Positions 24,320 to 37,779 of a stretch of 64,000 nucleotides of DNA are shown one piece after another; within the stretch, counting starts at the first letter, position 1; every line of letters starts with the position of its first letter. Both the position numbers and the translations under genes were made by a program. The notes beneath the pieces were generated by a model, which was given only the letters and a program-made list of their open reading frames with translations, was not told where the DNA came from and did no database searches. The stretch spans positions 149,608,001 to 149,672,000 of the forward strand of contig NC_058368.1 in the NCBI RefSeq assembly GCF_018350175.1, read 5' to 3'. Source of the stretch: Felis catus. Taxonomy: Eukaryota.

Positions 24320-24479
24320 GGGGCGCCTGGGTGGCTCAGTCAGTTAAGCATCCGACTTTGGCTCAGGTCATGATCTCAGGGCTCGTGAGTCGGAGCCCCA
24401 CGTTGGGCTCTGTGCTGACAGTTCATAGCCTGGAGCCTGCTTTAGATTCTGGGTCTCCTTCTCTTCCCCTCCCCCACTT

Positions 24480-24543
<64 letters not shown>

Positions 24544-24578
24544 ACAAATAAATAAACATTTAAAAAAATTTTTTGAGT
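24320..24578 (+). mobile_element. Can-SINE with long (CT)n
   Basis: Head, (CT)n, A tail; imperfect TSD aaaggaaagagaat / aagggaatgagaat. Confidence 0.95.
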
Positions 24579-24689
24579 AAAGGGAATGAGAATATGCTTC
24601 ATCAGCAATGAAGCTGACAGCAGCTGCTAACCACGTGCTTTCTACCAGAACATAAAAACTAACCTATTTGGGTGTATGACCAAGTTTAG

Positions 24690-24905
24690 GTTAGAAAGTG
24701 ACTGAGTTCAAACAATGGCTTCTCTGTTTATTTCTTCAAAGACCAGAAAGTGATTTAATTGCCCTATATTCTAATTGTCTCATCTGTGAAATGGTGGTAT
24801 TATTATCTACCTCATCCAGTTGTTGTTAGGATTAAGTTACCATTTGTAAATCACGTAGCACACTGGCCAACAGCAAAAGCTTATAAGTGTAATATAATTA
24901 CCATT
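24690..24905 (+). mobile_element. MIR
   Basis: gactgagttcaaac...ctcatctgtgaaatgg...ctacctcatccagttgttgttaggattaag. Confidence 0.75.
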
Positions 24906-26424
24906 AGGAGATTTTCCTGCTACTTGATTGAAAAAGGACTATTGGCAAAAACTGTTTCCCATTTAATAATATTTTTGAAATGGAGATGATAGGTGTGGTG
25001 ATGAGCCCTTTGGTTCTTGTTGGCTGACCCCGGAAGAAAGGGTTGTCAATCACCAACATTTTTAGGTTCTTGCCAATTTCCTCTTTAATTCTCTTGGAAA
25101 GACATTTTTAGGCCTAACAGATATTTAATATTCTTATAGATAATTAATGTTTCCTTCATACTCTGCATTGTTTGGTTAGAATACATTCCACAACATTAAC
25201 TGAGCACCTGCCATGTTCTGGGGATGGAAGCAGTGATACGGTTTCACATGTGGTTTCTCTACTTGATGTCAAAACAACGGATACCTCAGTCAGAAACAAA
25301 AAGTCAATTCACAATTCAAAGTACGGCTTTGATAACACATATTAAAAACTATAAAACTAGCTTCGTATTAATGAGTATGTCTTTCGTGGGCAAAACACTA
25401 ATTTGCTTATCTAGATTTTTTTATAACATGTATGGAATTTGAAGTTATTGCATCATAATATCAACAAATAGATTATTCCAATCATGTGTCCTGAACAAAC
25501 TAATACTGTACTGTGTCAAGGAATTTTGCATATCTGGAAATACATCCATAATTTAAGAAAGATCAGAGTCAATTATCAGTGTCCTCTTTCACCATTGTAA
25601 CAATGTGCTATTGTTTGTATGTAAAATTATCACCCACTAACACTTGAAAAGCCTTTTGCGTTGTTTCCAACAAGATATTCAATTGAAGGAAAAATGAAAT
25701 GCGAGGAATTTTTAGTGTATACCGAATTGTATGTTGTAGGAACAAGAAAGTGTGGAAATGCGTACACTGTGTTATATTTCCTTATTAATTCCTGTCACTC
25801 ATATTACCCAAGAATTCACTCAAACTTAATCACAAAACATGTCGTGACCTTTAACAACTAGTAGGCTGCAATGTTAACCTTCAACATTTTGCAAAATTCT
25901 TCTTGAAACACTTCCTCTGGAAAACACGCCGCTCAAAGTGCTAAAATTGTCTCCTAGAATAACCACAGCAGGACTGTAACAAACCCCCTTTTAAAAACCA
26001 AATAAAGTCTTCCGTGGGGGCGGTTCACCGCTTCCCCTTTTTAACATACAGGAACTAATTTAGCTGAGAAGATAAAAGCAAGAGCTGCCTACAGATGTAC
26101 AAGGAAACTAGATCCTAGGACATAAAACACCTCGGTGGCATGGTGGTCTGGACATTTTCTATAAAAAGAGCCTCCAGACTGAGAATATCCCAAATGTACA
26201 GCAAGGAGTTGAAGATCTGTATATATTTGTATTGTAGGTGACAGAAGAAGGAAGAAAAGGCACACTAAACTAGTTTCAATTGTAACTGTTTATGTGTTTT
26301 CCAGTTAGGTCATTATATACTTATTTTCAATGTAATACTAATATGAAGATACCAAGAATTTAAAACTAAGACAAAAGAATTTAGTGTGGTAATCATTTCT
26401 TAGTATATACTTAAAGCATTATTA

Positions 26425-26490
26425 TGTGATGTACCTGAAACTTACACATGGTTATATGTCAATTGTATTTCAGTAAAACTGGGGAAAAAT
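26425..26490 (+). mobile_element. Very short L1 3' terminus
   Basis: tgtacctgaaacttacacatggttatatgtcaattgtatttcagtaaaactggggaaaaa. Confidence 0.65.
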
Positions 26491-27499
26491 TATGCTAAAA
26501 AAATAACACGAAAGGCTACTTTGAAACTACCAACAATATCAGAAGCGTAAAGAGGCTAGAATATTCTGTCAGATGACTCAATTTTGCTTTTCTTTCATGG
26601 AAAGACCTTATGAAATATTGTGTCTTCTATAAACCCTTTCCTCTTTCAGAAAGACCATAGGATAGGATGGTCATAGAAAGGTCATAGGTCATAGAAAGAC
26701 CATACATAGGATGCAACTTTCTCACTTAAAAAAAAAACAAACATAAAATTCACTTAGTTCATTACTCATATACAACTTCCCAACTTCATTTGTTCAATTT
26801 TTTGGTTATCTACTTGATTATACATCTGTGGGATATATTGTGTGAATTGAGGTAAATTATAAACTGCAAGAATATTGGCTACAAACCTCATTCACTCAAC
26901 ATATATATTTTCTAACAGTGTCATCATGGAATAAATGTTCTATTTTTAACATAATGACAAGAGTGTAGGAAAATGCAAATACATAAACTGCAGATTCTGG
27001 CTTTCCTTCCATAGCTCTTACTGAGAAGTTTCATAGGACTATTTGTCAATAAAAGTATATCATATCAATTTTTCTACAAAATTTTCCTTTTAAAAAATAT
27101 GTGAAAGACAAACACAGTAAGTTCTATTCTTTAGGAGAAAAAACATGGTAAAAAAAATGTGCTATTTCCCTAGTGAAGCTTGATTGGCAACATTTTTTTA
27201 CTCTATTATTGTCACAAATTATTTCCGAAAGGTGAAACTTTGATAACCATATTAGGAGAAAGTGTGCATGCAGGACTTGATCACATGAGAGCATACAGTT
27301 CCGAACTAGGCACAATAGGAAGCAAATGATGTATATTTTCAGCATCACTCCCTTCCTGAAAACTCATTATGTATCTAGCTTCTTGATACGCTGCTTCTTG
27401 ACTTCTTAGGACACCTCAGTGTAATAAATCATCATATTTTCCTTGTACCTCCTTCATAAAATTTGTCTGCACTGTACTCTATCAAAGGTTCCTTTTCTT

Positions 27500-27882
27500 T
27501 TCTTTTTTTCTATTAATTTTATTATTTTTTTTTAATTTACATCCAAATTAGTTAGCATATAGTGCAACAATAATTTCAGGAGTAGATTCCTTAATGCCCC
27601 TTACCCATTTAGCCCATCCCCCCCTCCCACAACCCCTCCAGTAACCCTCTGTTTGTTCTCCGTATTTAAGAGTCTCATATTTTGTCCCCCTCCCTGTTTT
27701 TATATTGTTTTGGCTTCCCTTCCCTTATGGTCATCTGTTCTGTGTCTAAATGTCCTAATAGGAGTAAAATCATATGATATTTTTCTTTCTCTAATTTCAC
27801 TTAGCACAATGCCCTCTAGTTCCAACCACGTAGTTGCAAATGGCAAGATTTCATTCTTTTTGATTGCTGAGTAATAGTCCAT

Positions 27883-27933
<51 letters not shown>

Positions 27934-28934
27934 TACATCTTCTTTATCCATTCATCCATTGATGGACATTTGGGCTCTTTCCATACTTTGGCTATTGTTG
28001 ATAGTGCTGCTGTAAACATTGGGGTTCATGTGTCCTTTCGACACAGCATACCTATGTCCTTTGGATAAATACCTAGTAGTACAATTGCTGGGTTGTAGGG
28101 TAGTTCTATTTTTTAGTTTTTTGAGGAACCTCCATACCAATTTCCAGAGTGGCTGCACCAGTTTGCATTCCCACCAGCAATGCAAAACAGATCCTCTTTC
28201 TTTGCATCCCCACCGACATCTGTTGTTGCCTGAGTTGTTAACGTTAGCCATTCTGACAGGTGTGAAGTGGAATCTCATTGTGGCTTTGATTTGTATTTCT
28301 CTGATGATGAGTGATGTTGAGCATTTTTTCATGTGTCGATTGGCCATCTAGATGTCTTTGGAGAAGTGTCTATTCATGTTTTTTGCCCATTTCTTCACCG
28401 GATTATTTGTTTTTTGGGTGTTGAGTCTGATAAATTCCTTATAGATTCTGGATACTAACCCTTTATCTGATATGTCATTTGCAAATGTCTTCCCCCATTC
28501 TGTCAGTTGCCTTTTAGTTTTATTGATTGTATCATTCGCTGTGTTGAAGCTTTTTATTTTGATGAAGTCCCAATATTTCATTTTTACTTTTGTTTCCCTT
28601 GCCTCCAGAGATGTGTTGAGTAAGAAGTTGCTGAGGCCAAGATCAAAGAGGTTTTTGCCTGCTTTCTCCTCAAGGATTTTGATGACTTCCTGTCTTACAT
28701 TTAGGTCTTTCATCCATTTTGAGTTTATTTTTGTGTATGGTGTAAGAAAGTGGTCCAGGTTCATTCTTCTGCATGTCACTGTCCAGTTTTTCCATTACAA
28801 CTTGCTGAAGAGACTGTCTTTATTCCACTGGAAATTCTTTCCTGCTTCGTCAAAAATTAGTTGGCCATTTGTTTGTGGGTCCATTTCTGGCTTCTCTATT
28901 CTGTCCATTGACCTGAGTGTCTGTTCATGTGCCA
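27500..28934 (-). mobile_element. 5'-truncated carnivore/felid L1 (about 1.4 kb), frameshifted ORF2 C-terminus plus 3'UTR
   Basis: ORFs 28348..28779 (LTPYTKINSKWMKDLN), 27952..28347 ([14 protein letters not shown]) and 27700..27951 (YYSAIKKNEILPFATTW) are L1 ORF2 pieces; poly-T at left; imperfect TSD caaaggttccttttct / caaaagtttattttct. Confidence 0.97.
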
Positions 28935-29599
28935 ACAAAAGTTTATTTTCTATCTACCTATTTTATTTTTTCAGTCCTCACTCTCTAGAAATACATTTAC
29001 CTTTCAATAGGTATTTTAAGAAATAACTTCTTAACCCAGGGTGATTTAAAAATCTTTCAAGTGTGTCAGCTTTCTATATTTTTGATATATCTATTTGGCT
29101 AAAAGTCTATAGTTTGTCTAAATATTTTTAAACAAGTTAAAAATTGGATCAACAGCAGCACTGACAATCAAGTGGTTGTTTTCAGTGACCAAGAAGTAAC
29201 TTCAACTCTCCTGTTTGCTACCTCTGCTGTTTAAAGCATGACAAAATCACTCTTTTATTTGATCTTATATGTATAATGTCTCTGGAGCTGACTCTGTCAA
29301 TATCCATGGCAGTTGGAAAAGTTAGGTAACTCTTCACTTTCTCCCAACCTCTGCCCTTCCCCATGGCTAGAGGAAGATGTGCAGGAAAGTGAAGAACCAT
29401 CAGCTTGGACTCCTTCTCAAGCTAAGGGGCCAGAAACTGCAGTGTAATGTAGTTCCTTTCTTATTCTGTTAGGCTCTAAGCAAGAAAAACCAATATCTAC
29501 TCTGCCTAAAAATAGCTCTTAAGGATTTTTTAAATTGTCATTGGTGCTTTCCTTTGCCACATCCGTAGCTTCACCACATAACTTTGTAGGTCTTGTCAT

Positions 29600-30215
29600 C
29601 ATTAGGTGAAATGCAGTTCTCCACCCCTTAAATCTAAAATAATCATGTGACTTGCATGGTTCAGTGGTACTTTAGCAAATGTGACACAAACAGAGAATTG
29701 AAAATGTTCTTCACTTTGGGATTTGGACTTCTTGTTTATCTGGGAACTTTTCTGCTTACCCGTGCATAAGCCCTATTGAGTCTATTAAATGATATGAGCA
29801 GGTATGCTGCATGATGTGAGCAGGTGTGTCAGTAACATGAGCAGATGTGTATGTGGATGATGCAAGCAGGGATGTGGATGATGTGTGCAGGGTTGTGGAT
29901 GACGTGTGCAGGTATAATGAGTGATGTGAGTAGATGTTCTAAATGATAAGAGACATGTAGCCCAAGCAGTCCTGTCGTTCCAGCTAATAATGAACCAACC
30001 ACCTGATATGTTAAAGAGGCCGTGATAAACTGAGCCCCAGTTGAGTTACCATCTGACAACAGACACAAGAGTAGGACACAAGCAGCTACAATCAGGAGCA
30101 AAGTGATCATATAACCCCAGTTCAAATCACCAACACAGAGAATCATAAGCTAAACAAACAGTTGCTTGTGTAAGCTTTTAAGTTTTGGTATTGTTGGTAA
30201 CTCAATAAATAGACA
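29600..30215 (+). mobile_element. MaLR LTR (MLT1-type) with an internal minisatellite
   Basis: ctcccacccctt...atgtgacttgc; 3' end acagagaatcataagctaaac...taagttttggtattgttgg...aatagacac. Confidence 0.7.
29789..29950. repeat. Degenerate ~21-bp minisatellite (about 7 units)
   Basis: Units such as atgatgtgagcaggtgtg, ggatgatgtgtgcaggg, ggatgacgtgtgcaggt. Confidence 0.85.
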
Positions 30216-31768
30216 CACTGGCTCCACCGGAAAGGAAAGGAAACTTGTTTATTAAAGAAACATTTCATTTCTCAGTATTTTTTGGACTCTGCTGTTCCTG
30301 AAAGTTCATATTTGTCTTTGAGAGAAGTGCATTTGTTTGCTCTTAGCATGTTACAGTTTAATAAACATGTCTGCCATTCACATCAGTTCAATTGTCCAAA
30401 GAGTAGGAAAACCAAAGACAGCAAAAGGGCTTAGGTTTCAACTGTGTCTCTGATCATCCCAAGGACTCTAGAAGCTTTTGTACAGATGAAGACCTCAGAC
30501 TGAACAAATGCAGAGAGAAGGAGTTGGACATTGAGAGTGGGATGGCACTTAATGAGAGAAGTGGATGGGTATTATCACAGAGAACTGAAAAACATGCTAG
30601 AGAGAGGGTAAGAATCTTAGGGAAGTAGGATCACCTAGGACTTGTGAAACTCACAAGACCATCTTGGGAAGGGCCTAAATTACTTAAGTACCGTCTTTCT
30701 GGTACTCTGGGGAAAAGTCCTATTTATCAAGTTTTTAAATATTTCCTATCCTACCTTATAATTGCATTTGAAATAGTTTCATATGTGCAATGGAATAAAT
30801 GTTGACAATTTTCCCAGCCTGGGTGGTAACCTGAGAAGGCTACTAGAAGCATCTAGGAAGATATGCATGATCTTACAGAGTACTTAAGAGAGACCGCTAG
30901 ACTGAATGTCTTCTTGGCCCCTCCTCCACCACCCAGCAGAGGAAGTTGGCTTCTGAAAGAAGGCAAGCAAATATCTGCATTTCAATGCCTAGAAACAGTT
31001 AAAGGTGTTTGAGGTCCAGAATTACTCAGAAGATGCTAGATAAACAAAATCTCTTTTAAGCAGGTTCCAACTGTACATCTTTTTCACCTGAAATAATCAA
31101 TTGGCAATTATTCCTGGTTGCAAGGTGGAGAAGTTAATGGACATGAAATACCAAAGCAGTGTGTAGCTAATTTCATCTTCTTTTGAACTACCCTAAGTTA
31201 TGGCGCCCTCTTCTTCTGAAGCACTATTTTCTTTCTTGTATTATAGTTGTTTCTGAACACAGCTTCTGGTGCACTGTAAGCGATTCAAAAGAGACAGTCA
31301 TTTATGCTAGTCATTAATGAATACCCCCCAGTACCCAGAACTATACATTATTTTGAGTAGTTTTTCAATATTATTTTGACTTATTTAAATGAATAGGTAA
31401 GTGAATACATTCCTCAGTATTTACACAATCAGCAAATACCTGAATGAATGAATTAAATTAATGAATAAAATTATTTTACTTCAAGAGCAAAGAGAGCTAT
31501 TGAGAGGCCCTGAATATAGTGAATAAAACCTGGAAAAATGAGGTAACCCGTGGCTTGTTAAAACAGGTCTCAAACAATACCCTCTGTCAGGCACCATTAG
31601 TTCAGAAAAGAATCACACAGACATCTAGTTTAATAGCTTATAGGATTATAAACTCCATTCACTTTAGCAAGGAAAAAAAATTCACCTTTAAAAATAATTT
31701 TTGAATATCTCTCCATGTCAAAGGCATTCATGTATTTTTAATTTTCTACATCAAAAATAATGCTTCCA

Positions 31769-31994
31769 GGGGTGCCTGAGTGGCTCAGTCGGTCAAGTGT
31801 CCAACTTCGGCTCAGGTCATGATCTCGCGGTTCGTGAGTTCCAGCCCTGAGTTGAGTTCTGTGCTGATAGCTCAGAGCCTGGAGCCTGCTTCAAGTTCTG
31901 TGTCTCCCTCTCTCTCTCTCTCTGTCCCTCCCCTGTTTTTACTCTGTCTCTCTCTGTCTCTCAAAGGTGAATAAATTTTAAAAATCAAAATCAA
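31769..31994 (+). mobile_element. Can-SINE
   Basis: Outer TSD aaataatgcttcc at about 31755 and 32232. Confidence 0.95.
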
Positions 31995-32213
31995 GGGGCG
32001 CCTGGGTGGCTCAGTCGGTTGAGCATCCGACTTCAACTCAGGTCACCATCTCGCGGTCCGTGAGTTCGAGCCCCGCGTCGGGCTCTGGGCTGATGGCTCA
32101 GAGCCTGGAGCCTGCTTCTGATTCTGTGTCTTCCTCTCTCTCTGCCCCTTCCCCATTCATGCTCTGTCTCTCTCTGTCTCAAAAATAAATAAACGTTAAA
32201 CAAAATTTAAAAA
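31995..32213 (+). mobile_element. Younger SINEC_Fc inserted in the tail of the previous SINE
   Basis: CpG-rich; own TSD aaaaatcaaaatcaa. Confidence 0.96.
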
Positions 32214-33990
32214 AAAAATCAAAATCAAAATAAATAATGCTTCCCAGACAAAGTAAAAGTAGGGGGTACTAAATTGAAAAACAAAGACCATTCTAAGCTT
32301 TTTTTTCCCCCTAAGGATAATAAGGAATATGGGTGTCAAATTCACTTACCTGATAGGGAATGTGCCACTTTCTCACCCTTCCTCCTCCTTGGACATTCTT
32401 TTTTCCATCCTTCTTTATGCTTTGGGAAAAATCCAAGCATATCACAAGATTGTTAGGAAGGGTTCTGAAAATTCACACCTCTGAACAAGACAGGGAGAGA
32501 ATCTTTCGTCTCAATACATAAGAATCTGAATTAAGTCATTTGAAATTACATCTCAGTCATTTCAAATTCTCTAGAATAATAGTACAGACTAAATTATCTC
32601 TTTCAAACAATTCCATAAGCAAGATACAGGAATTGGTAGGTGCTTATACATTTCCTTGTCTCTCTAAAATTACAACCTCCAAACCTTCTGATTTTGCCCC
32701 AGTAAGATAAATTCAAAGACCTCATCTCCTGCCTTTGGCATTAATTTGAAAAATGACTCAGACACCTTCTCAAATGTATAGACCTTTCTAAAACGGCACG
32801 AGGCAGATTTAAATGGGCACAATTTCAAAGCTGAGCAAAAAAGATTAAATGTTCATACTACAGATTGAACATCTGAAGAGATTTTAGGTTAAGTCCCCTT
32901 TGAAAATTCTGCCCTTGAGAGAGAGTTCACTTTTCATCACACATTTAGATTTTCATTTCATTTTTGCTACTTTCATAGAGCATTCTGAAACTATTTCTCC
33001 TCTTGTGGTTATACTTTAACGCTAGATGTAATAGCAGAAAGCACCCCCCCATCTTAAACATGAGCACAATTTGTATAAATTAATTTTATTTCCCTCCTGT
33101 TGGAGAACCTCAGTGCAAATGTCTATAAACAGATTTCCAAGTTATCTCTCCCATATTTAGGTTTGAACAGTTCAATCCTTCATAAATACAGATTTGAAAA
33201 TCATTCCCAGAAATCCTTTAAAGGATTTCTGTAAAGTAGCCTATTACATTTCATTTTGAATGACTGCAATTTGTTGGAACAGCAAGCAATAAGACTACAC
33301 ATATTTGCATATACACTGAAAAATTACATAATCTGAAAGTTCTCTTTTACTAGCAATTTAGTAACACATTATACCACATTGCTCCTGCTGGAACTACAAA
33401 ATGTAGCCTTTCACAGAATGCTGAATTTTTCTGAAATAATGTTTTTAGGTAATGGCTTTTGAATTTCGGAAATACCGGCCATAGTCTAGAACCTACCCCT
33501 TTTCTATCTAACCAAAGACACAATTCCCCCAAAAAGAGTCCTTAATGAAATTAGCTCAAGCTACAGCAAAAAAGAAGAAAGGAAAGAAAAAAAGGAGAAA
33601 GGAAGGAAGATAAGAAAATAAAAGAACAGGAAAAGAGAGAAATAAAGAATTCTCTTCTGGTTTAATGGTATAAGAACAGTACTGAATTTCCAACTGAGAC
33701 TTCCCTGGAAGTCAATATAGAACAAAGAAACGAAAGTCTTTTATATACAAATATCTCTTCAAGTTATGTCTTTGAAGTAAAATGTGGAGAACTACATGAA
33801 TAGAATCCATTACTGTGACCAATCACAGAATCACAGACTGCCTCACCAATATTAAAATCATTTACTGAGCACACTATAGACTTGGAATTGTCTTAAGAGA
33901 TATCTATGAAAGAAAATATCATTTCAGGATGGTTTCTGATAAATTCCAGTTAGCTGATGTGAGTTTTTCTGCACATGAAAATCACATAGA

Positions 33991-34188
33991 GGGACATCTA
34001 GGTGACTCAGTCGGTTAAGTGTCTGACTTCAGCTCAGGTCATGATCTCACAGTTTTTGGGTTTGAGCCCCACGTCAGGCTTTGTGCTAACAACTCAGAGC
34101 CTGGAGCCTACTTCAGATTCTGTGTCTCCCTCTCTCTGCCCCTCCCCCACTCATTCTCTCCACCCCCCAAAAATAAACATTAAAAAAA
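33991..34188 (+). mobile_element. Can-SINE
   Basis: TSD gaaaatca(c/t)ataga. Confidence 0.95.
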
Positions 34189-34419
34189 GAAAATCATATA
34201 GAAAAGCTATAGACCATAAATGTCCACACACACACAACAAAGATGGTGTGAAAAGTCAGATCTTAAAATAAGATTTATACCCTTGTGGTTTATGAGGTGA
34301 GGAAAAAGGAATTTAAATTAGAAAAAAAATATTTTTGATAATAAAATTGACAACAGCTGTAGTCTCAGTTGAAAGAACCAGAATATATGTAGAGTTCCTT
34401 GAAGGGTATTTAATTGATC

Positions 34420-34632
34420 TTTTTTTTTTTAATATTCATTTTATTTTTGGGAGACAGAGAGACAGAGTGCAAGCAGGGTAGGGGCAGAGAGAGAGACAGA
34501 TACAGAATCTGAAGCAGGCTCCAGGCTCTGAGCTGTCAGCACAGAGCCTGACGCGGGGCTCGAAACCACAAAGTGCGGGATCATGACCTGGGCTGAAGTC
34601 GGTTGCCCAACTGACTCAGCCACCCAGGTACC
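34420..34632 (-). mobile_element. Can-SINE
   Basis: Antisense SINE with poly-T at left. Confidence 0.95.
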
Positions 34633-34779
34633 TAGATCTACTGCTTTTGTTACATGGCATTCAAACCTTTTTTTAGCCATGAACCACTGGTGCAAATCAA
34701 AAAGAAAAGGATTAGATCTGATTCCAAGAGCTGCCCTAGTATCTGATAATTTTTCAGTTTCTATCTCCATGCATCCTTA

Positions 34780-37570
34780 AAATGAAACCCCCTAGTTAAA
34801 TCTTACCAGAACAAAGGAAGAGAAAGGAAGGATGGGGGGAATAAAAAGAGAGGTGCGGGCAATGTTGACTGTCATTATCTCAGGTGATCTTCCTCTCTGG
34901 CAAAAATCTTACCCAAACCCGATCCTTGCCCCACTGTCACTCCAATCCGGCTAGTCACACTTGAGCCAACTCTTTAAAATTTTTATTTCTATTCTCCTCT
35001 CTGGTCACAGTACCTTTCCCCCATGACGTTGTCACATTCCCTTTACTCTTGTCTTTCTACCCTATGGAAACATCTATTTCCTCTAAGTCAAAGCTTTGGG
35101 GCATCACTGCCATCCCTAACCTGCCGAGATCTCATAAATTTCCTAAACCAGTATTTCCAAACCATTTGCATGACATAATAGAAAAAGATATCATTTTTTC
35201 TTTTTATATTTTAATTAAATTCAGAATTTTATCTTAATATATTAGATGCTGAAGACTGTGCCACTGGAGATAATAAACCTGAGCCCTCTGGCTCTCCTGG
35301 CAGTGCTCTGCCTGTGGACGACTAAGATCTCCACCTTCGCTCATCAGTGTGTGGTCACTACAGAAGACAGTGCAAGTTTTTAAGCAGAAAAAAATCTGAA
35401 GGCCCTGGTTTGAACCTTTTTTTGTTGTTATTAATACCCTCAAATTCCTTACCACTTTATTCTCCCAACCAACCTCTCCCCAGCCCTACAACAATATATT
35501 TCACTATGGCCTTCCTCAGCTACTAAATCTAAATTCTTAGCTACTCTGGAGAAAAATCACACAGTAATGGGAGCTGGTACCAAGGAAAATTATCAAGGTA
35601 TCTCAACTTCAGACAGGACCTTAAGACCATCTGGCATTCTTTTGATGGACATCTAAGCAATTCTCTTCAACTTCATGATAGCATTTTAAACCTTCACCAT
35701 TCTCTTAAGAGAATTCTCTTAAAGATCTCAAGTCTGAGTTCTGAAAGACTCTTCGGTCCCCTTCACAGAGAGATAGAAGCCATCAGGTAGGTATTGTCAC
35801 CTCCCCCTAGACACACTTGTACCCAAATCCTGGAACTTCGTGTTGTCTCAAGTTTCAGTGGAAGAAAAACCCAACTATAGGCTAATTCCATTCACCCTCC
35901 CCTCAGATTGCACTTTCTCTGAATTCCTTAAGGATATTATAGTTCTTTACCCCTTCCTACATCCTGTCTATTGGCTCTTTCTTTTAAAAAAAAATTATTT
36001 TTGAGAGAGAGAGGTGCAAGTGGGAGAAGGGCATAGAGAGCGTGGGGGAGACAGAGGATCTGAATTGGGCCCCTCGCTGACAGCAGCAAGCCTGATGCAG
36101 GGCTCAGCTCACAAATCTTGAGATCATGACCTGAGCTGCAGTGGAATGCTTAACTGACTGAGCCCCCCAGGCACCTCTATTGGAACTTTCTTAATCCAAT
36201 GTTTATTAAAAGGACTTTCTCAAGTCCACATTCCCCTATTTGTCTCCTCACCACAGCCATACTTCATGAAAGGAACAGGAAACACACATTTCACACATCT
36301 GAAATGTGTCTGCCTCTTGTCAATTCATTGAATCTGATCCTGTCCAGATCACTATTAACCTCCTAATTCCTCTGTCCATTGGGCACCTTCGGTCTGGAGC
36401 TTCCCAGCCCTTACCCTAGCCAATGAGACCCTTGACTCCCTTTGTCAAACTCTCCCCTCTCTTGATTGCTGTGGGACCACTCTTTTCTGATTTTCTTTAT
36501 GCCTTTTCAGATGCTGCTTTTCAATTTCTGTTTTGAGTCCCTCTTTTTTTTTTCCATCGTCATTCTCCTTTAAATGTTAGTCTACTTCAGATGTCATCCT
36601 GAGTCATCTCTTCTCATTTGACATTATTTTCTCTACAGTTTCAAAGCAATCTAACTTCCTAGTTTTAAATGCTACCTAAAGTCACTTTAAAACCTTTACT
36701 TCTCTGCCTGTATGATTATAATGGAAACATCTTAAGGTAGGGGATTCTTTTCTTATTTATCATTATATTTCCAACATCTAGCATTATATGATCAATAATA
36801 TTTATGGAATGAATGAAGGAATTCACATCTATATTTTTATCCCTGATCTTTTAATCTCCAAGATTGTTTATCACACTGCCTACTTTCTCTTTCAACTAAG
36901 CGGTTCCCCAGATGTCTCAGGCACATATTTCACCCTGAACTCATCACACTTCTATATATTCCTTGTGGTGTTCGGATAACAGCCACTCAGTTTTGGTGAA
37001 TGAGTCAAGGTGACCGTCAGCATCCACATCTTGGTATGTAGCTTTGTGGTTCTATGCCCTAGGAGTTACCATTTTTGAAAAATAAATTATGTTGGAAGAA
37101 TATTTCAGAATTTAGTGATTTATACAGGGGTGCAAATGTAACCCTTCAAAGTGTATCCAGGGATTACTGATCTTGTAGTATACCATAAACCCACATCTTG
37201 CTATATTTGAATATCTGTTGTTTAATCTTCTTAGAACTACTGCCATGCTTCCTCAACTCCTTCTCTTTAAAAAAAGTGAAAATAGATGAACTGTCAGTTC
37301 TTTCATGGAGATCTTCTTACTTTTTGTCTTCCTCTGCCCAGACTGGAGTGGGTCTAGATGCCACCTGTCCAAAACTCCTAAGTCTTGCATTTCTCATAGA
37401 ATAGATCACCTACTATAATAATTACCTGTTGATATCTTTGTGTCCTCTGCTAGGTAATGAGCTTCTAAATGACAAGAAGGTTGTCCTTCTCCCTCATATT
37501 TTCTTATTTCTTATATTCTGTATCCTCCGATATAAACACAGTGCCTCACACAGAGTGAATACTTAATAAA
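34780..37570 (+). mobile_element. Fragmented L2 relics
   Basis: Pyrimidine-rich L2-like segments; L2 3'-end motifs (aataatatttatggaatgaatgaa; cacagtgcctcacacagagtgaatacttaataaat). Confidence 0.55.
35985..36175 (-). mobile_element. Can-SINE
   Basis: TSD tctattgg(ct/aa)ctttctt. Confidence 0.93.
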
Positions 37571-37779
37571 TTTGGGTAAATAATACTGGCAAGTTGGGGA
37601 TTTTGCTGATGAGATTAAGTAGATAAAATAAAATTATAAACAAATAGATCGAAAAGTTAAAACATAAGTTCTTATCTGAAATACAATTTGTATGTTTACA
37701 TTTACTGATTTTCCAAAAGGGTGCTTGAGATCATCCTTAAATTTAGCAAGGAGAGGTATAATAAAACAAAGTTATTTAA

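Noticed and set aside
27700..28779. Longest ORFs as a host gene
   Set aside because: They are frameshifted L1 ORF2 C-terminal pieces of a 5'-truncated copy; the 184-aa plus-strand ORF at 28472 is the antisense frame.
29789..29950. CRISPR-like array
   Set aside because: Mammalian context, degenerate tandem units without unique spacers, no cas genes.
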